Origin: Marinicella sp.
GTDB lineage: Bacteria; Pseudomonadota; Gammaproteobacteria; Xanthomonadales; Marinicellaceae
Assembly: GCA_965230295.1 (NCBI GenBank)
Contig: OZ246001.1
Span: 704,001 to 768,000 of the forward strand
Reading direction: 5' to 3'
DNA: 64,000 nucleotides
Below the pieces are notes generated by a model, which worked only from the letters and a program-made list of their open reading frames with translations, had not been told where the DNA came from and did no database searches. This document shows, one piece after another, positions 1 through 10,760 of the stretch. Made by a program: the position numbers and the translations under genes. Numbering within the stretch: position 1 is the stretch's first letter; the number at the start of each line of letters is the position of its first letter.

Positions 1-144
1 CAGTTTAAACAGCTCGCTTAACAATTTCTTGCTTTCCAGGTCGATGCCTTTTTTACAATAATTACATTCAGCCAATTGATTGATGATTGATTCGATTTCA
101 TTCATCACTTTCTTTAATTCTATTTGATTCATTAATACACCCAT
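1..144 (-). CDS. hypothetical protein, 5' part (runs off the left edge)
   Basis: ATG at 144 preceded by AGAGG; 48 open codons MGVLMNQIELKKVMNEIESIINQLAECNYCKKGIDLESKKLLSELFKL to the window edge; not in the ORF track. Confidence 0.55.
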   Translation of the reverse strand, partial: MGVLMNQIELKKVMNEIESIINQLAECNYCKKGIDLESKKLLSELFKL

Positions 145-238
145 TGTTTATTTTTCCTCTGCCCCCATTTTATAAATTCAGACCCCTTTCAATGCACCGC
201 AATATTCTGATGCGCGTGTAAGAAAATATTGACAAGCG

Positions 239-247
239 TGGTATAAT
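239..247 (+). promoter_or_regulatory. extended -10 sigma70 promoter (TGgTATAAT) for gpmA-dxs
   Basis: TG-N-TATAAT about 28 nt upstream of the gpmA ATG. Confidence 0.5.
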
Positions 248-274
248 TGAACTGTTTCAAATGGCAAATAAAAT

Positions 275-1021
275 ATGATTAAATTGGTCTTGTTAAGACA
301 TGGCGAAAGTGAATGGAATCTGGCCAACCGGTTTACTGGTTGGAAGGATGTGGACTTAACTGATACAGGCATTGAACAAGCCCGATCAGCCGGGCAATTG
401 TTATCAGAAGCTGGTTTTGAGTTCGACCAAGCTTATACTTCTGTCCTGAAAAGAGCCATCAAGACTTTCAACATTGCTGCCGATGTGATGGATCAGTCCT
501 GGTTACCGGTCAAACGAAGCTGGCGCTTGAATGAACGCCATTATGGCGCACTTCAAGGATTAAACAAAGCAGAGACAGCAGCCAAATATGGTGATGAGCA
601 AGTCCATATATGGCGCCGGAGTTATGCCACTCCACCACCAAAGCTTGATTGGGATGATGAGAGAAACATAGCTGGAGATCGACGCTATCAAGCACTGAGC
701 AAAGATCAAATTCCATTGGGCGAATGCCTCAAAGACACTGTCGCCCGAGTATTGCCTTATTGGCATGAACACATCGTACCTGACCTCCAAGCCGGGAAAA
801 GACTGATCATCGCAGCACATGGCAATTCATTGCGCTCCTTGGTTCAATATTTAGACAATGTATCCGAAACTGAAATTTTGAAATTAAACATCCCTACCGG
901 CGTGCCTTTGGTCTATGAATTAGACGATGAGCTCAAACCCATCAAAAGTTATTATTTGGGGGATCAAGAGGCTTTAACTGCTGCCATGGATGCAGTGGCA
1001 AAGCAAGGTCAGGCACATTAA
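275..1021 (+). CDS. gpmA: 2,3-bisphosphoglycerate-dependent phosphoglycerate mutase
   Basis: [30 protein letters not shown] motifs; 248 aa. Confidence 0.97.
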   Translation: MIKLVLLRHGESEWNLANRFTGWKDVDLTDTGIEQARSAGQLLSEAGFEFDQAYTSVLKRAIKTFNIAADVMDQSWLPVKRSWRLNERHYGALQGLNKAETAAKYGDEQVHIWRRSYATPPPKLDWDDERNIAGDRRYQALSKDQIPLGECLKDTVARVLPYWHEHIVPDLQAGKRLIIAAHGNSLRSLVQYLDNVSETEILKLNIPTGVPLVYELDDELKPIKSYYLGDQEALTAAMDAVAKQGQAH

Positions 1022-1045
1022 CGACACCAGCGATCAGAGTACCTC

Positions 1046-2932
1046 ATGAGCACCAAATACCCATTGTTAGACACCATCAATATCCCGGCTGATTTACGTC
1101 AACTGGAAAAAAAACAGCTGAAACAGGCCGCTGATGAGCTGCGGGCTTATTTGATTGATCACATCTCTCAATGTGGCGGACATTTTGGGTCTGGATTGGG
1201 TACTGTAGAACTGACTGTGGCTTTACATTATGTGTTTCAAACACCACATGATCGATTGGTGTGGGACGTTGGACACCAAGCCTATCCTCATAAAATATTA
1301 ACTGGCAGAAAAGGCCGCCTGACATCAATCAAACAAAAGCAGGGGCTCGCCCCTTTCCCCAAACGTACCGAAAGCGAATATGACACGTTTGGCGTGGGGC
1401 ATTCTTCGACTTCAATCGGGGCCGCCTTGGGCATGTCATTGGGCAGTCAAGTAACGGGGACTGAACGTGAAGTGGTGGCTGTGATAGGAGATGGCGCCAT
1501 GACCGCGGGTATGGCCTATGAAGCGTTGAATCATGGCGGAGAACTGGATACCAACATGTTGGTGGTTCTCAATGAGAACGAAATGTCCATTTCACCTAAT
1601 GTGGGGGCTCTGGCCCGCATGCTCATTAAAATAGTCAGCGGCCGGACTTACAACCGCATGCGTGAAAAATCCAAACGCATTATGCGACGAGGCTCTTGGT
1701 TGTGGAAGTTCATATCTCGCTGGGAAGAACACACCAAAGGCATGTTTGTGCCCAACACCTTGTTTGAAGAATTGGGCTTTCATCACTTGGGACCCATTGA
1801 TGGTCATGATGTTGAACAATTGGTTGAGAAACTCGAAATTGCCAAAGACATCAAAGGCCCTAAATTACTGCACATCATCACCAAAAAAGGCAAGGGCTAT
1901 AAGCCCGCGGAAGCCGATCCGATCAAATACCATGCAGTGGGTAAATTCGACCCCAAAGAGGGCATCCAAAGCAAAGCAAAACCTTCCAAGCCGACTTATA
2001 CCGAGGTGTTTGGCCAATGGTTGTGTGATATGGCTCGATTAGACAAACAATTGGTCGGCATCACCCCTGCCATGCGCGAAGGCTCTGGTCTGGTAGAATT
2101 TTCTCAACTGTTCCCCAAAAGGTATTTTGATGTGGGGATCGCTGAACAGCATGCTGTTACATTGGCGGCAGGCATGGCATGTGAAGGAGCCAAACCTGTG
2201 GTGGCCATTTACTCCACATTTTTACAGCGTGCATACGATCAACTGATCCATGACGTGGCCATTCAAAACCTGGATGTGCTGTTTGCCATCGATCGAGGTG
2301 GTGTGGTCGGGCCAGATGGTGCCACCCATGCAGGCAACATGGACATCAGCTTTTTGCGATGCGTTCCCAACATGACCATCATGGCACCCGCCAATGAAGA
2401 TGAATGCAGACAAATGCTATACACAGGCTATCAACACGCTGGACCAGCTGCGGTTCGTTACCCCAGGGGTAAAGGACCAGGTGCAGCCATATTACCGAAA
2501 ATGACGCCATTAGCGATTGGCGAAGCCCAACGGGTCAGAAAAGGTGATAAGCACATCGCCATATTATCTTTTGGCGCTTTGTTAGAAGAGGCCAAATCAG
2601 TGGCTGAAAAACTGGATGCCACATTGATCAACATGCGCTTTATCAAACCCATTGATCGGAATATGATAGAGAAAGTGGCTCGCACCCATGAACACATCAT
2701 CACTTTAGAAGACAATGTCATCCAAGGCGGTGCTGGCAGCCATGTCAATGAAGTCCTGCATCAACTGAAATTACATACACCTGTATTAAACTTAGGTTTG
2801 CCTGATGTATTCCAAGATCATGGAACCAGAGAAGAGTTGCTGGAAGAAGCCGGCCTGAGTGCTGATCTGATGCTACAACAAATCAATGAATTCACCAAAA
2901 AGAAGGCCAACAACAAAGTATTTTCTTTATAA
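1046..2932 (+). CDS. dxs: 1-deoxy-D-xylulose-5-phosphate synthase
   Basis: [19 protein letters not shown] ThDP motif, IAEQHAV, DGATHAG; 628 aa. Confidence 0.97.
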   Translation: MSTKYPLLDTINIPADLRQLEKKQLKQAADELRAYLIDHISQCGGHFGSGLGTVELTVALHYVFQTPHDRLVWDVGHQAYPHKILTGRKGRLTSIKQKQGLAPFPKRTESEYDTFGVGHSSTSIGAALGMSLGSQVTGTEREVVAVIGDGAMTAGMAYEALNHGGELDTNMLVVLNENEMSISPNVGALARMLIKIVSGRTYNRMREKSKRIMRRGSWLWKFISRWEEHTKGMFVPNTLFEELGFHHLGPIDGHDVEQLVEKLEIAKDIKGPKLLHIITKKGKGYKPAEADPIKYHAVGKFDPKEGIQSKAKPSKPTYTEVFGQWLCDMARLDKQLVGITPAMREGSGLVEFSQLFPKRYFDVGIAEQHAVTLAAGMACEGAKPVVAIYSTFLQRAYDQLIHDVAIQNLDVLFAIDRGGVVGPDGATHAGNMDISFLRCVPNMTIMAPANEDECRQMLYTGYQHAGPAAVRYPRGKGPGAAILPKMTPLAIGEAQRVRKGDKHIAILSFGALLEEAKSVAEKLDATLINMRFIKPIDRNMIEKVARTHEHIITLEDNVIQGGAGSHVNEVLHQLKLHTPVLNLGLPDVFQDHGTREELLEEAGLSADLMLQQINEFTKKKANNKVFSL

Positions 2933-2961
2933 AAAGAATCCCGGGTTGAAATTTAAAAGCT

Positions 2962-3498
2962 TTAACTCTTAGCCAGTATATATTGTGTCATTTCATGATC
3001 CGGGTAATGCCATTTCAAATAGTTTTTGTAACTGGCCGTTTTTTTACCCGCTCCCTTTTCTTCCAAGTAATTGATGATGGCAACCAATGCATCAATAAAT
3101 TCCGGAAGCTCACACTCCTTGCGAATCATGTTGTTGATGATATAAACAGCATTGTTTTCGAATCCATTGGCCGCAAATACGACAGACAGCTTGACCAAAG
3201 TTTCATCATCTAACTGGATGCGACCTTGCGTGGTGGTCATGTATTTAACGAAATCGCTGTGGATTTTCTCACCAGAAACGTCGAACTGCATTTGCAAATT
3301 GAAATAATCTTTGGCTGCATGGTGATGGTAATCATCAAACGGAATGTATTTCCCATATTCAAAGCGCAAGCGAGCCAAATCCAAACTGTTGGGGTATTTT
3401 TTGAAGGTATTGGCCAGTATTTTCATGGCTTTTTTATAATTACCTTTCTCTATGTATTTTTCAGCTCGGGCTACTGGGTTTAATCGATTTCCAAACAC
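2962..3498 (-). CDS. hypothetical helical (TPR-like) protein
   Basis: 178-aa ORF filling the dxs-radC gap; AEKYIEKGNYKKAMKIL..KYPNS resembles a TPR helix pair. Confidence 0.6.
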   Translation of the reverse strand: MFGNRLNPVARAEKYIEKGNYKKAMKILANTFKKYPNSLDLARLRFEYGKYIPFDDYHHHAAKDYFNLQMQFDVSGEKIHSDFVKYMTTTQGRIQLDDETLVKLSVVFAANGFENNAVYIINNMIRKECELPEFIDALVAIINYLEEKGAGKKTASYKNYLKWHYPDHEMTQYILAKS

Positions 3499-3554
3499 AA
3501 TCCATCATTGACTAAGTTTAATGGGTACATAGCATAGCAAAAATGGACAATAAT

Positions 3555-4229
3555 TCATATCATTTGATTGGCAGCCATTGAAAATGAATGGTTTGTTGAC
3601 AACACAAAATGATCCAACACTTTCACATCGACCAAAGCCAGTGTTTGTTTCAGTCGGGCAGTGAGTTTGATATCAGCATCGCTGGGTTGAACATCTCCAG
3701 ATGGGTGGTTATGGGCAAAGATGATGGCCGCTGCATTGTGCTGCAAACACAATTGAGCGACCGTTCGTGGATAAACTTGTGCGGCATTGATGGTGCCATT
3801 GAACAGGTACTCAAACTTGATCAATTGATTTTTACTGTTCAAAAAAATACCGGCAAACCGCTCATGCTGACTGTGTTCAAAATTGGCCATCAAAAATCGT
3901 TTCACAACCTCAGGTTCTGAAAAACTGGTTGTGCTGTTAAACCCTTCATTGATGGCCCGTTTCACCAGTTCGTTGGCAGCTTGCAGCTGTGCGTATTTTG
4001 CCAACCCAAGCCCTTTCAATGCATTGAACTCAACCAAGGTAGCATCCAATACTTGTCGCACTCCACCAAAATAACACAACATGTCATCGGCCAATTGAAT
4101 GGCACTTTTACCACGAACACCAATGCGAAGAAAGATGGCCAACAGCTCAGCATCAGACAAAGTATTGGCCCCATCATTGACCAGCTTTTCCCTGGGTCTT
4201 TGTTCTTTTTTATTCAAAATAACCATCAT
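3555..4229 (-). CDS. radC: RadC/JAB-domain protein (UPF0758)
   Basis: RPREKL, LSDAELLAIFLR, HNHPSGD..S.AD JAMM motif, VLDHF; ATG 4229 preferred over upstream TTG 4262. Confidence 0.93.
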   Translation of the reverse strand: MMVILNKKEQRPREKLVNDGANTLSDAELLAIFLRIGVRGKSAIQLADDMLCYFGGVRQVLDATLVEFNALKGLGLAKYAQLQAANELVKRAINEGFNSTTSFSEPEVVKRFLMANFEHSQHERFAGIFLNSKNQLIKFEYLFNGTINAAQVYPRTVAQLCLQHNAAAIIFAHNHPSGDVQPSDADIKLTARLKQTLALVDVKVLDHFVLSTNHSFSMAANQMI

Positions 4230-4372
4230 TAATTGACAAAGGATGTTAATGATAGACGTCAAGAGGAAACATTGCCGTCAATAGAGTCTTACTTGTCCGT
4301 AGGAATTCATAACATTGGAGATTTTTCTTAATGTGGTTTAAAATCTATTTTTACTGATTGTTCCATGCTTGA

Positions 4373-4828
4373 ATGAAGTCAATTGATTTAAAAATTATGG
4401 CGCCGGAGTTCGCCGCTGAATTTGGCGTGCCAAAATACACAACTGACGGCTCAGCAGGCCTGGACTTGCGGGCCTGTATCGAAGATGATATGACCATTGA
4501 GCCAGGTCAAACCCAACTGATTCCAACCGGCATCGCCATTCACATAGCTGATCCTGCTTTGGCCGCAGTGATCTTACCCAGATCTGGCATGGGCCATAAG
4601 CACGGTATTGTGCTTGGCAATTTGGTTGGATTGATAGATTCGGATTACCAAGGACAACTGTTCGTATCTTGTTGGAATCGATCAGCTAAAAACTTTACCC
4701 TCGACAGAGGTGCCAGATTGGCACAATTGGTCTTTGTACCTATCGTTCAAGTTGAATTCAATCAGGTGGATTCATTTGATCACAGCTTACGGGGCGAAGG
4801 TGGTTTTGGGCATACTGGAGTTAATTAA
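4373..4828 (+). CDS. dut: dUTP diphosphatase
   Basis: [32 protein letters not shown]. Confidence 0.97.
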   Translation: MKSIDLKIMAPEFAAEFGVPKYTTDGSAGLDLRACIEDDMTIEPGQTQLIPTGIAIHIADPALAAVILPRSGMGHKHGIVLGNLVGLIDSDYQGQLFVSCWNRSAKNFTLDRGARLAQLVFVPIVQVEFNQVDSFDHSLRGEGGFGHTGVN

Positions 4829-5619
4829 TGGATTTAAAAGAATTGATCACAGCATTCAAACAAAAATTATCGAAAAACGGTGATGAAAAGGAAGGCGTTA
4901 AAGATGAATCTGAAGAAAACAAAGATGCAACTACTGATGTAAAAGGTAAAAAGAAACCACTGATTGATTTTGGTGAAGAATACTTCTGGACCAGTTGTTT
5001 TGCAGTTGCTGTCATTGCTGCCCTGTTGTTTGGGTATCTGCTTAAGAACAACTATTTTGAATTCCAGGCTTTGACCCATTTAGAAAATCAAAGTGAAAAT
5101 TTGGCCGCCTCTATCGAACAGAGTACCCAAGATGTGAACCAACTGGCTTCGGCCATCATTGCCCTGAACCCAAATGCAGAAAACATCGTTGAATTGATTG
5201 AATCCAGCGTTGATAACACACTGCGAGTCATCAAGGTAGAAGAGCCAATAGACACCATTGAACCCACTCCTGAATTTCCTGGTATCAATTTTGCCACTTA
5301 TGACATGCTCAAACAGACCAGTGAAAAACAGGAAGAACAATTGCCTGAAATTCACTTGTATGGTCAGAGTAATCAGTACTTGAATTATGTCTATATTCAG
5401 AAACCCGATGAAACTTATGTGGTGGTGAGTTATCCAGTTGAACTCATCATCAAACCACAAAAAATGCAATTCGTTGACAGCGAATTGGCGTTGGTACAAA
5501 AATCGGGACCTTACAGCAGCGTGGTGTTACAAAAATGGGGAATGTGGACCCCAATACCTCAAGAAAAAACCAAGAAATCAGTGTTCCAAACACCCACTTT
5601 TATGTCACTTATGCCGTAG
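4828..5619 (+). CDS. N-terminal membrane/periplasmic module of long-form AlgC (upstream of a frameshift)
   Basis: Start overlaps dut stop; one TM segment then a soluble domain; overlaps the next ORF by 85 nt in the -1 frame. Confidence 0.6.
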   Translation: MDLKELITAFKQKLSKNGDEKEGVKDESEENKDATTDVKGKKKPLIDFGEEYFWTSCFAVAVIAALLFGYLLKNNYFEFQALTHLENQSENLAASIEQSTQDVNQLASAIIALNPNAENIVELIESSVDNTLRVIKVEEPIDTIEPTPEFPGINFATYDMLKQTSEKQEEQLPEIHLYGQSNQYLNYVYIQKPDETYVVVSYPVELIIKPQKMQFVDSELALVQKSGPYSSVVLQKWGMWTPIPQEKTKKSVFQTPTFMSLMP

Positions 5620-7244
5620 AGAAAAACTACAGTGGCTTATTAAATCTGTCCATGACCAACAGTGCCATTGCTTTGATTGCAGCTTGTATATTGGCATGGT
5701 TGACCTTTATGAAAAGAAAAGAAAAATTGGCTGAAATCAAAGCCGCCAAGACCGCTAAACAAGAAGAGCATGTTTATGTTCACACTCCAAATATTAAGAA
5801 GAAAGACGGTTTGCCCAACTTGGAAGACAAACAAGCAGGCACCGAAACTGACAAGAAAGCAGAACCAGTAAGCTTACCTGACAAATCCATTTTCAAGGCC
5901 TATGACATCAGGGGTATCGTTGACCAGACTTTGACGGTCAGTGCAGTTGAACAAATTGGTCATGCCATTGGTTCTGAAAACCTCAATCGAGGTAGAAAGA
6001 GCATCGTGGTGGCCAGAGATGGTCGCATATCTGGCCCATCCTTACTGGAAGCTTTGATAACAGGCATCACCCGCAGCGGCTGCGATGTCATCAACATCGG
6101 TGCTGTACCAACAGGTGTCCTTTATTTTTCAACCCATCATTTAGAGACGGGTTCAGGCGTCATGCTCACTGGCAGCCACAACCCCGCCGATTACAATGGC
6201 TTAAAAATCATGCTTGATGGCGAAACATTGGCTGGTAAATTAATTTCGAACCTGTATGACATGATCGCTTCAAATGATCTACTTCATGGTCAAGGCTCTG
6301 TACAAGAACTTGACATTGCCGATGACTATGTGGATTACATCAGCTCAGAAATACAGTTGGAAAATGAACCCACAGTCGTGGTTGACTGCGGTAACGGCAT
6401 TCCGGGAGTGCTTGGACCGGAGGTGTTGGAAGAGATTGGATGTAACGTCATTCCTTTGCATTGTGAAGTTGATGGTAGTTTTCCCAATCACCACCCAGAC
6501 CCCAGTGTTCCAGAGAATATGCAAGATTTGATAGCCACATTAAAATCAGTGGACGCAGACATTGGAATCGCATTTGATGGCGATGGCGACCGTTTAGGCG
6601 TGGTCACCAAAGAAGGAGAAATCATCAACCCTGACCGATTGTTGATGTTATTTGCCAAAGACGTTTTATTGAGACAACCTGGCTCCAGTATTATTTTTGA
6701 TGTTAAATGTACTGGACACTTGCCCAAATCAATTGTTAAGCATGGCGGCATGCCGATCATGTGGAAAACCGGGCATTCATTCATGAAAGCCAAACTGAAA
6801 GAGACCAATGCCGCATTGGCTGGTGAAATGAGTGGGCACTTCTTCTTTAATGAACGCTGGTTTGGTTTCGATGATGGTATATATGCAGCAGCACGTCTGC
6901 TTGAAATATTGGACCAGGAAGAAGACACACCGCAAGAAGTGTTTGATACACTGCCCAACAGTGTCAATACACCTGAATTGAAAGTTCATATGAAAGAAGG
7001 CGAACACTATTTGTTCATGGAAGAATTTGTTGAGCGAGCAGAGTTCCCAGATGCCAAAATAACTACAATTGATGGCATCAGGGCTGATTTCGCCGGTGGT
7101 TGGGGTTTGGTCAGGTGTTCTAACACCACACCTTGTTTGGTGATTCGATTTGATGCCGACGATGAAGAAACATTAGAAGAAATTAAGGAAGAATTCAGAA
7201 CACAACTTTTGGCTGTCAGTGATTCCTTAGAATTGCCATTTTAA
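5535..7244 (+). CDS. algC: phosphomannomutase/phosphoglucomutase with residual TM segment and linker
   Basis: IFKAYDIRG, TGSHNP phosphoserine loop, DGDGDR metal loop, GEMSGH, RCSNT; canonical position after dut. Confidence 0.92.
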   Translation: MGNVDPNTSRKNQEISVPNTHFYVTYAVEKNYSGLLNLSMTNSAIALIAACILAWLTFMKRKEKLAEIKAAKTAKQEEHVYVHTPNIKKKDGLPNLEDKQAGTETDKKAEPVSLPDKSIFKAYDIRGIVDQTLTVSAVEQIGHAIGSENLNRGRKSIVVARDGRISGPSLLEALITGITRSGCDVINIGAVPTGVLYFSTHHLETGSGVMLTGSHNPADYNGLKIMLDGETLAGKLISNLYDMIASNDLLHGQGSVQELDIADDYVDYISSEIQLENEPTVVVDCGNGIPGVLGPEVLEEIGCNVIPLHCEVDGSFPNHHPDPSVPENMQDLIATLKSVDADIGIAFDGDGDRLGVVTKEGEIINPDRLLMLFAKDVLLRQPGSSIIFDVKCTGHLPKSIVKHGGMPIMWKTGHSFMKAKLKETNAALAGEMSGHFFFNERWFGFDDGIYAAARLLEILDQEEDTPQEVFDTLPNSVNTPELKVHMKEGEHYLFMEEFVERAEFPDAKITTIDGIRADFAGGWGLVRCSNTTPCLVIRFDADDEETLEEIKEEFRTQLLAVSDSLELPF

Positions 7245-7263
7245 TAAATAATAAGAGGTTAAC

Positions 7264-7812
7264 ATGGGCTTAAAAGATCAAACTTCTCATTACGGTTTGG
7301 TGTCACGATTAAACCACTGGGTGGCAGCAATCGCAGTCATTGGCTTGCTTATTGTTGGCCTTTACTTCAATGACATGCCAAGGGGGGACGAAAAGTCCTA
7401 TTGGCTGAAATTACACATCGGCTTTGGCGGATTGGTGTTCTTATTTCTTTGGTTCAGGGTATTGTGGCGTCTATTTTCAAAGTCACCTGAGGCTGCTGAT
7501 CAACGAGCTTCTTTACAAATGGCCACCAAAATTGTTCATTGGCTGTTATTGCTTTCGGTCATGGTGATGGCCGTCAGTGGACCATTTCTCGTTTGGACCC
7601 GAGGTGCAGGTATCAATGTATTTGATTGGTTCACCATTCCGACTCCGATTGGCAAGATGCCAGAGCTGCACGAGTGGATGGAAACAATCCACATGATTGC
7701 ATCAAAAGCTTTGTTAATTGCCATCAGCATCCATATCCTGGCAGTATTAAAACACCAATTCATTGACAAAGACCAAGTGCTGGCTCGTATGGTTAAACTC
7801 CTACGTAAATAA
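7264..7812 (+). CDS. cytochrome b561 family protein
   Basis: Four TM helices with conserved His (NHW, LHI, IHM, IHI); C-terminal KHQFIDKD..LARM. Confidence 0.88.
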   Translation: MGLKDQTSHYGLVSRLNHWVAAIAVIGLLIVGLYFNDMPRGDEKSYWLKLHIGFGGLVFLFLWFRVLWRLFSKSPEAADQRASLQMATKIVHWLLLLSVMVMAVSGPFLVWTRGAGINVFDWFTIPTPIGKMPELHEWMETIHMIASKALLIAISIHILAVLKHQFIDKDQVLARMVKLLRK

Positions 7813-7833
7813 CCACATTAATCAGACGACCAA

Positions 7834-9324
7834 TTACCAAACAAACCTGGACTGACTGACCTGGTCTGACAAGTTCCTCATCAATTGATGAACTTTGTCT
7901 TCATCTAAATAATGAATGTTGATTTCTTGGGTGACCGGATTCGAGCCCGCTGTATCAACAGATAATCTGGCCATGTCATTGCGCCGATCAAATGGAGTCT
8001 GTAAGTAAGAAATGTTTTGAATTTTTCCCACTTTAACAAGCCCCATGGAATGAAAAAACACCCCATGTCTGAAAGCAATGATTTGATCGTTATAAGCATA
8101 TCCGGCATGGCGTACATAGGCTTTTGCATACACAAATGCCAGAGGTAATAGCATCAATGGCAGTAAGCCCCAGGCATGGTAAAAGTACAGTAAAGGAGCC
8201 ATGGCTATCAGGATAAAGAATGTCAGCCTCTTAAAGACCCGCTTCCACGCCCTGGGCTCTAGACTTAACCATTTGATTTTCCCCCAGTCCACTTCAGGTT
8301 GGATGGCGGCGATTAATTTTTGTCCTTCCGGCTTAGGGATCAGCGGTGCAATCCAACTCATGGTGATACCGCTCTGTTCAGTCACCCCGCCAGCAGTTTC
8401 CATTTTGATGCTGACGCGTTTGAAGTAGCGGTGTAAAGGGGTGTGTTTGATTTTCAATAACTGTATCCGTTTGATGGGTATGTTGGCGTTTATTTTCGTC
8501 AGCAAACCCATTTCAGCATGTAAATTTTTATCCACTTTTGATAACTTGAACTGATACAGTTTTAAAAAAGCCAGGGCAATTGAAGACAACCATATGGTAA
8601 TCATCATCACGCCAGCTACAGCCAAACCATAAATGATCCACTCTGACAGTGCCCACTGTTCAACATGTAAATCACCCACGAATTTCTGAACCACCGTGAT
8701 GAACTTACTTCGGTAATAATCATTTTGTGACAGAATTGAACCCACAATGCCAATTGGCACCAATGCCTTGTGAGATATGAAACCATATTTGCTCACTTCT
8801 CGATGACTCATTTGAAACAGTGGCACTGCGCTTTCAGGCTGTTCTTCTACCGATTGTTCCTGTTCTAGATCCTCTGTATCAACCGCATGTTTTGATCGTT
8901 CTTTGATGACCCCTTGAATGTATTTAACTTGTTCGTCAGAAATGACTCTGATGACCGCTTCAGGCTTCACGCCTGATGCAGATTCAACTTGTAAAGTGGC
9001 CACCTTAAAGAATTTATGCAACAGATTCCTTTCAACATTGAGGTTTTGAATTCTCTCATAGGGCACTTGTCGCAAAGACTTGAACAAAATACCTTCTTTG
9101 ACCACCAAACGGTCCTCTTCTAACCAATAATGATAAAACCAAAACTGAATGATGGTCATCACCGAAGCCAATGCTGCTATGCCAATAATGATCATGTCTT
9201 GGCGGTCACCACTGGTACCTACAATACCAATCAGTAAAGGAAGCACCATCTTCTTGATGGCTTCAATAAACAAAAACAGAGGTGAAATGCTGTGGAGCCG
9301 ATAACCGGAAGTTTTTAATTCCAT
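7834..9324 (-). CDS. YdbT-like membrane protein with bacterial PH (bPH_2) domains
   Basis: RLH.ISP N-terminus; three repeats of TM pair + (R/K)IQ...V(E/D)(S/T)A(G/S) module. Confidence 0.85.
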   Translation of the reverse strand: MELKTSGYRLHSISPLFLFIEAIKKMVLPLLIGIVGTSGDRQDMIIIGIAALASVMTIIQFWFYHYWLEEDRLVVKEGILFKSLRQVPYERIQNLNVERNLLHKFFKVATLQVESASGVKPEAVIRVISDEQVKYIQGVIKERSKHAVDTEDLEQEQSVEEQPESAVPLFQMSHREVSKYGFISHKALVPIGIVGSILSQNDYYRSKFITVVQKFVGDLHVEQWALSEWIIYGLAVAGVMMITIWLSSIALAFLKLYQFKLSKVDKNLHAEMGLLTKINANIPIKRIQLLKIKHTPLHRYFKRVSIKMETAGGVTEQSGITMSWIAPLIPKPEGQKLIAAIQPEVDWGKIKWLSLEPRAWKRVFKRLTFFILIAMAPLLYFYHAWGLLPLMLLPLAFVYAKAYVRHAGYAYNDQIIAFRHGVFFHSMGLVKVGKIQNISYLQTPFDRRNDMARLSVDTAGSNPVTQEINIHYLDEDKVHQLMRNLSDQVSQSRFVW

Positions 9325-9328
9325 GCCA

Positions 9329-9814
9329 TTAAACCGTATCTTCTTTGTGGTTGGTGTTGATCAACTCATGCCTCAACGCTACGGCGTCATCATGTAACAA
9401 GCCAGGCAAAGTGACTGAAGCATTGCGGGTACCTGCAGTGTGGACCACCAGTTTACTTAAATCATAACGGCGTTCAATCGGCCCAGTGGTGATGTCAATG
9501 TGCTGTACCCTATTGCGTGGAATCATTGACTGCTGTTGCCAAAAGACACCTTTCTTGATGCTTAAGCCTGCTTCACTGAGTTGGTATTGATACGCTTTGA
9601 ACCAATGAATTGAATACCAATAAAACAAAGAGAACAACAGAGAAAATATGCCTACATAAGTCGCAGCAATAAAATACCACCTGAAATCAAAAGCAACAGA
9701 TAATAAGATGGTGGGACCTATTGCAATAAGAAAAAAAGTCAATGAAGAAACGATTCGGAACACCTTGAGATACACCGGTTCCAGGTTCTTGAAGTCAAAA
9801 GTTAACATGATCAA
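9329..9814 (-). CDS. YdbS-like membrane protein (bPH_2 domain)
   Basis: Two TM then IKKGVFW..IPRNRVQHIDITTGPIER..LVVHTAG. Confidence 0.87.
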   Translation of the reverse strand: MIMLTFDFKNLEPVYLKVFRIVSSLTFFLIAIGPTILLSVAFDFRWYFIAATYVGIFSLLFSLFYWYSIHWFKAYQYQLSEAGLSIKKGVFWQQQSMIPRNRVQHIDITTGPIERRYDLSKLVVHTAGTRNASVTLPGLLHDDAVALRHELINTNHKEDTV

Positions 9815-9835
9815 TTCCTTATCAATAATTGGTGA

Positions 9836-9856
9836 AGGCGGGTCAAAAACCCGCCT
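9836..9856. other. intergenic stem-loop (AGGCGGGT-CAAAA-ACCCGCCT)
   Basis: 8-bp perfect stem with no U-tract; more likely an mRNA stabiliser or partial terminator. Confidence 0.5.
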
Positions 9857-9869
9857 AATCTTGCTTTCC

Positions 9870-10760
9870 TTATTTAGGGTCTGATAAATGCATCAGCGGC
9901 AAAGGTTGCGCTGAGTCACTGTCAATGAAATAGATTTTTGATGCTGGATCTTTGGATATACTTTTCAATGCTTCCAAAGCCTGTAATTTCACATAATTGG
10001 GGTTGTTACCAATGGCTGTGTTGATTTTTTCAATTTCATAAGCTTGGGCATCTGCCAGCAAGCGTCGTTTTTCCGCTTCTTCTTCAGCGGCTTGCTTCTG
10101 CGCTTCGGCTTGTGCAATCAATTGTTGCTGCTCTGTTTTATATCGCTCTAACTCAGCTTTTTGTTTCTCAACTTCTTGCTCTCGCTCTTTCTTCGCTTCA
10201 ATCGCTTTGGTGATGAATGGTGGCAATGAAATGTCTCTGATCAGTACCGCAGACACGTTGATGCCTTTCGGGGCCAAATATTCTTGCATACCAGCTGTTA
10301 AGTCAATTTGTAAACGCTCTTGGGTTTCTTCTAAAAAGAAATCCTCAGCCCGACGGATTGATTTGCCTTGTTCCCTCAACAAAGAACGTAATTTAGGTAC
10401 CAGTTGAACGGTGATCATGCTGTCGATATTACCCGTGTCTTTTAATATATTATTGGCCATATCGCCATTCAATCGGTATTGAACCGACACATCAATTTTG
10501 GTTTGTAACTGATCTTGCGATGGCACTTGAGCTTGCTCAAAGTGGGTTTTTTCACGCACATCAAACTCATGAAATTTAAGCAATGGATTAACTGGAATGT
10601 TCAAACCTTCTTTATAGGTCTCTGTTTGTACTTCACCAAACAATGTCGCCACAGCCACATGCCCTGCAGGCACACTGACCCAAAATCTCGACCCAATTAA
10701 AAACAAAATAAGGATGACTACCAAGGGAATAAACTTGGCAATAGATACTTGATTACTCAT
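9870..10760 (-). CDS. SPFH/prohibitin (band 7) domain membrane protein
   Basis: N-terminal TM, VPAGHVAV..FG, EGL..VNP, coiled-coil AIEAKKEREQE; ATG 10760 chosen. Confidence 0.88.
   Translation of the reverse strand: MSNQVSIAKFIPLVVILILFLIGSRFWVSVPAGHVAVATLFGEVQTETYKEGLNIPVNPLLKFHEFDVREKTHFEQAQVPSQDQLQTKIDVSVQYRLNGDMANNILKDTGNIDSMITVQLVPKLRSLLREQGKSIRRAEDFFLEETQERLQIDLTAGMQEYLAPKGINVSAVLIRDISLPPFITKAIEAKKEREQEVEKQKAELERYKTEQQQLIAQAEAQKQAAEEEAEKRRLLADAQAYEIEKINTAIGNNPNYVKLQALEALKSISKDPASKIYFIDSDSAQPLPLMHLSDPK

Noticed and set aside
229-247. Perfect TTGACA and TATAAT hexamers upstream of gpmA as a consensus -35/-10 pair
   Set aside because: They are only 7 bp apart; only the extended -10 is retained
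3555-4229. radC as a marker of a mobile element
   Set aside because: Full-length chromosomal type in its usual position beside dut
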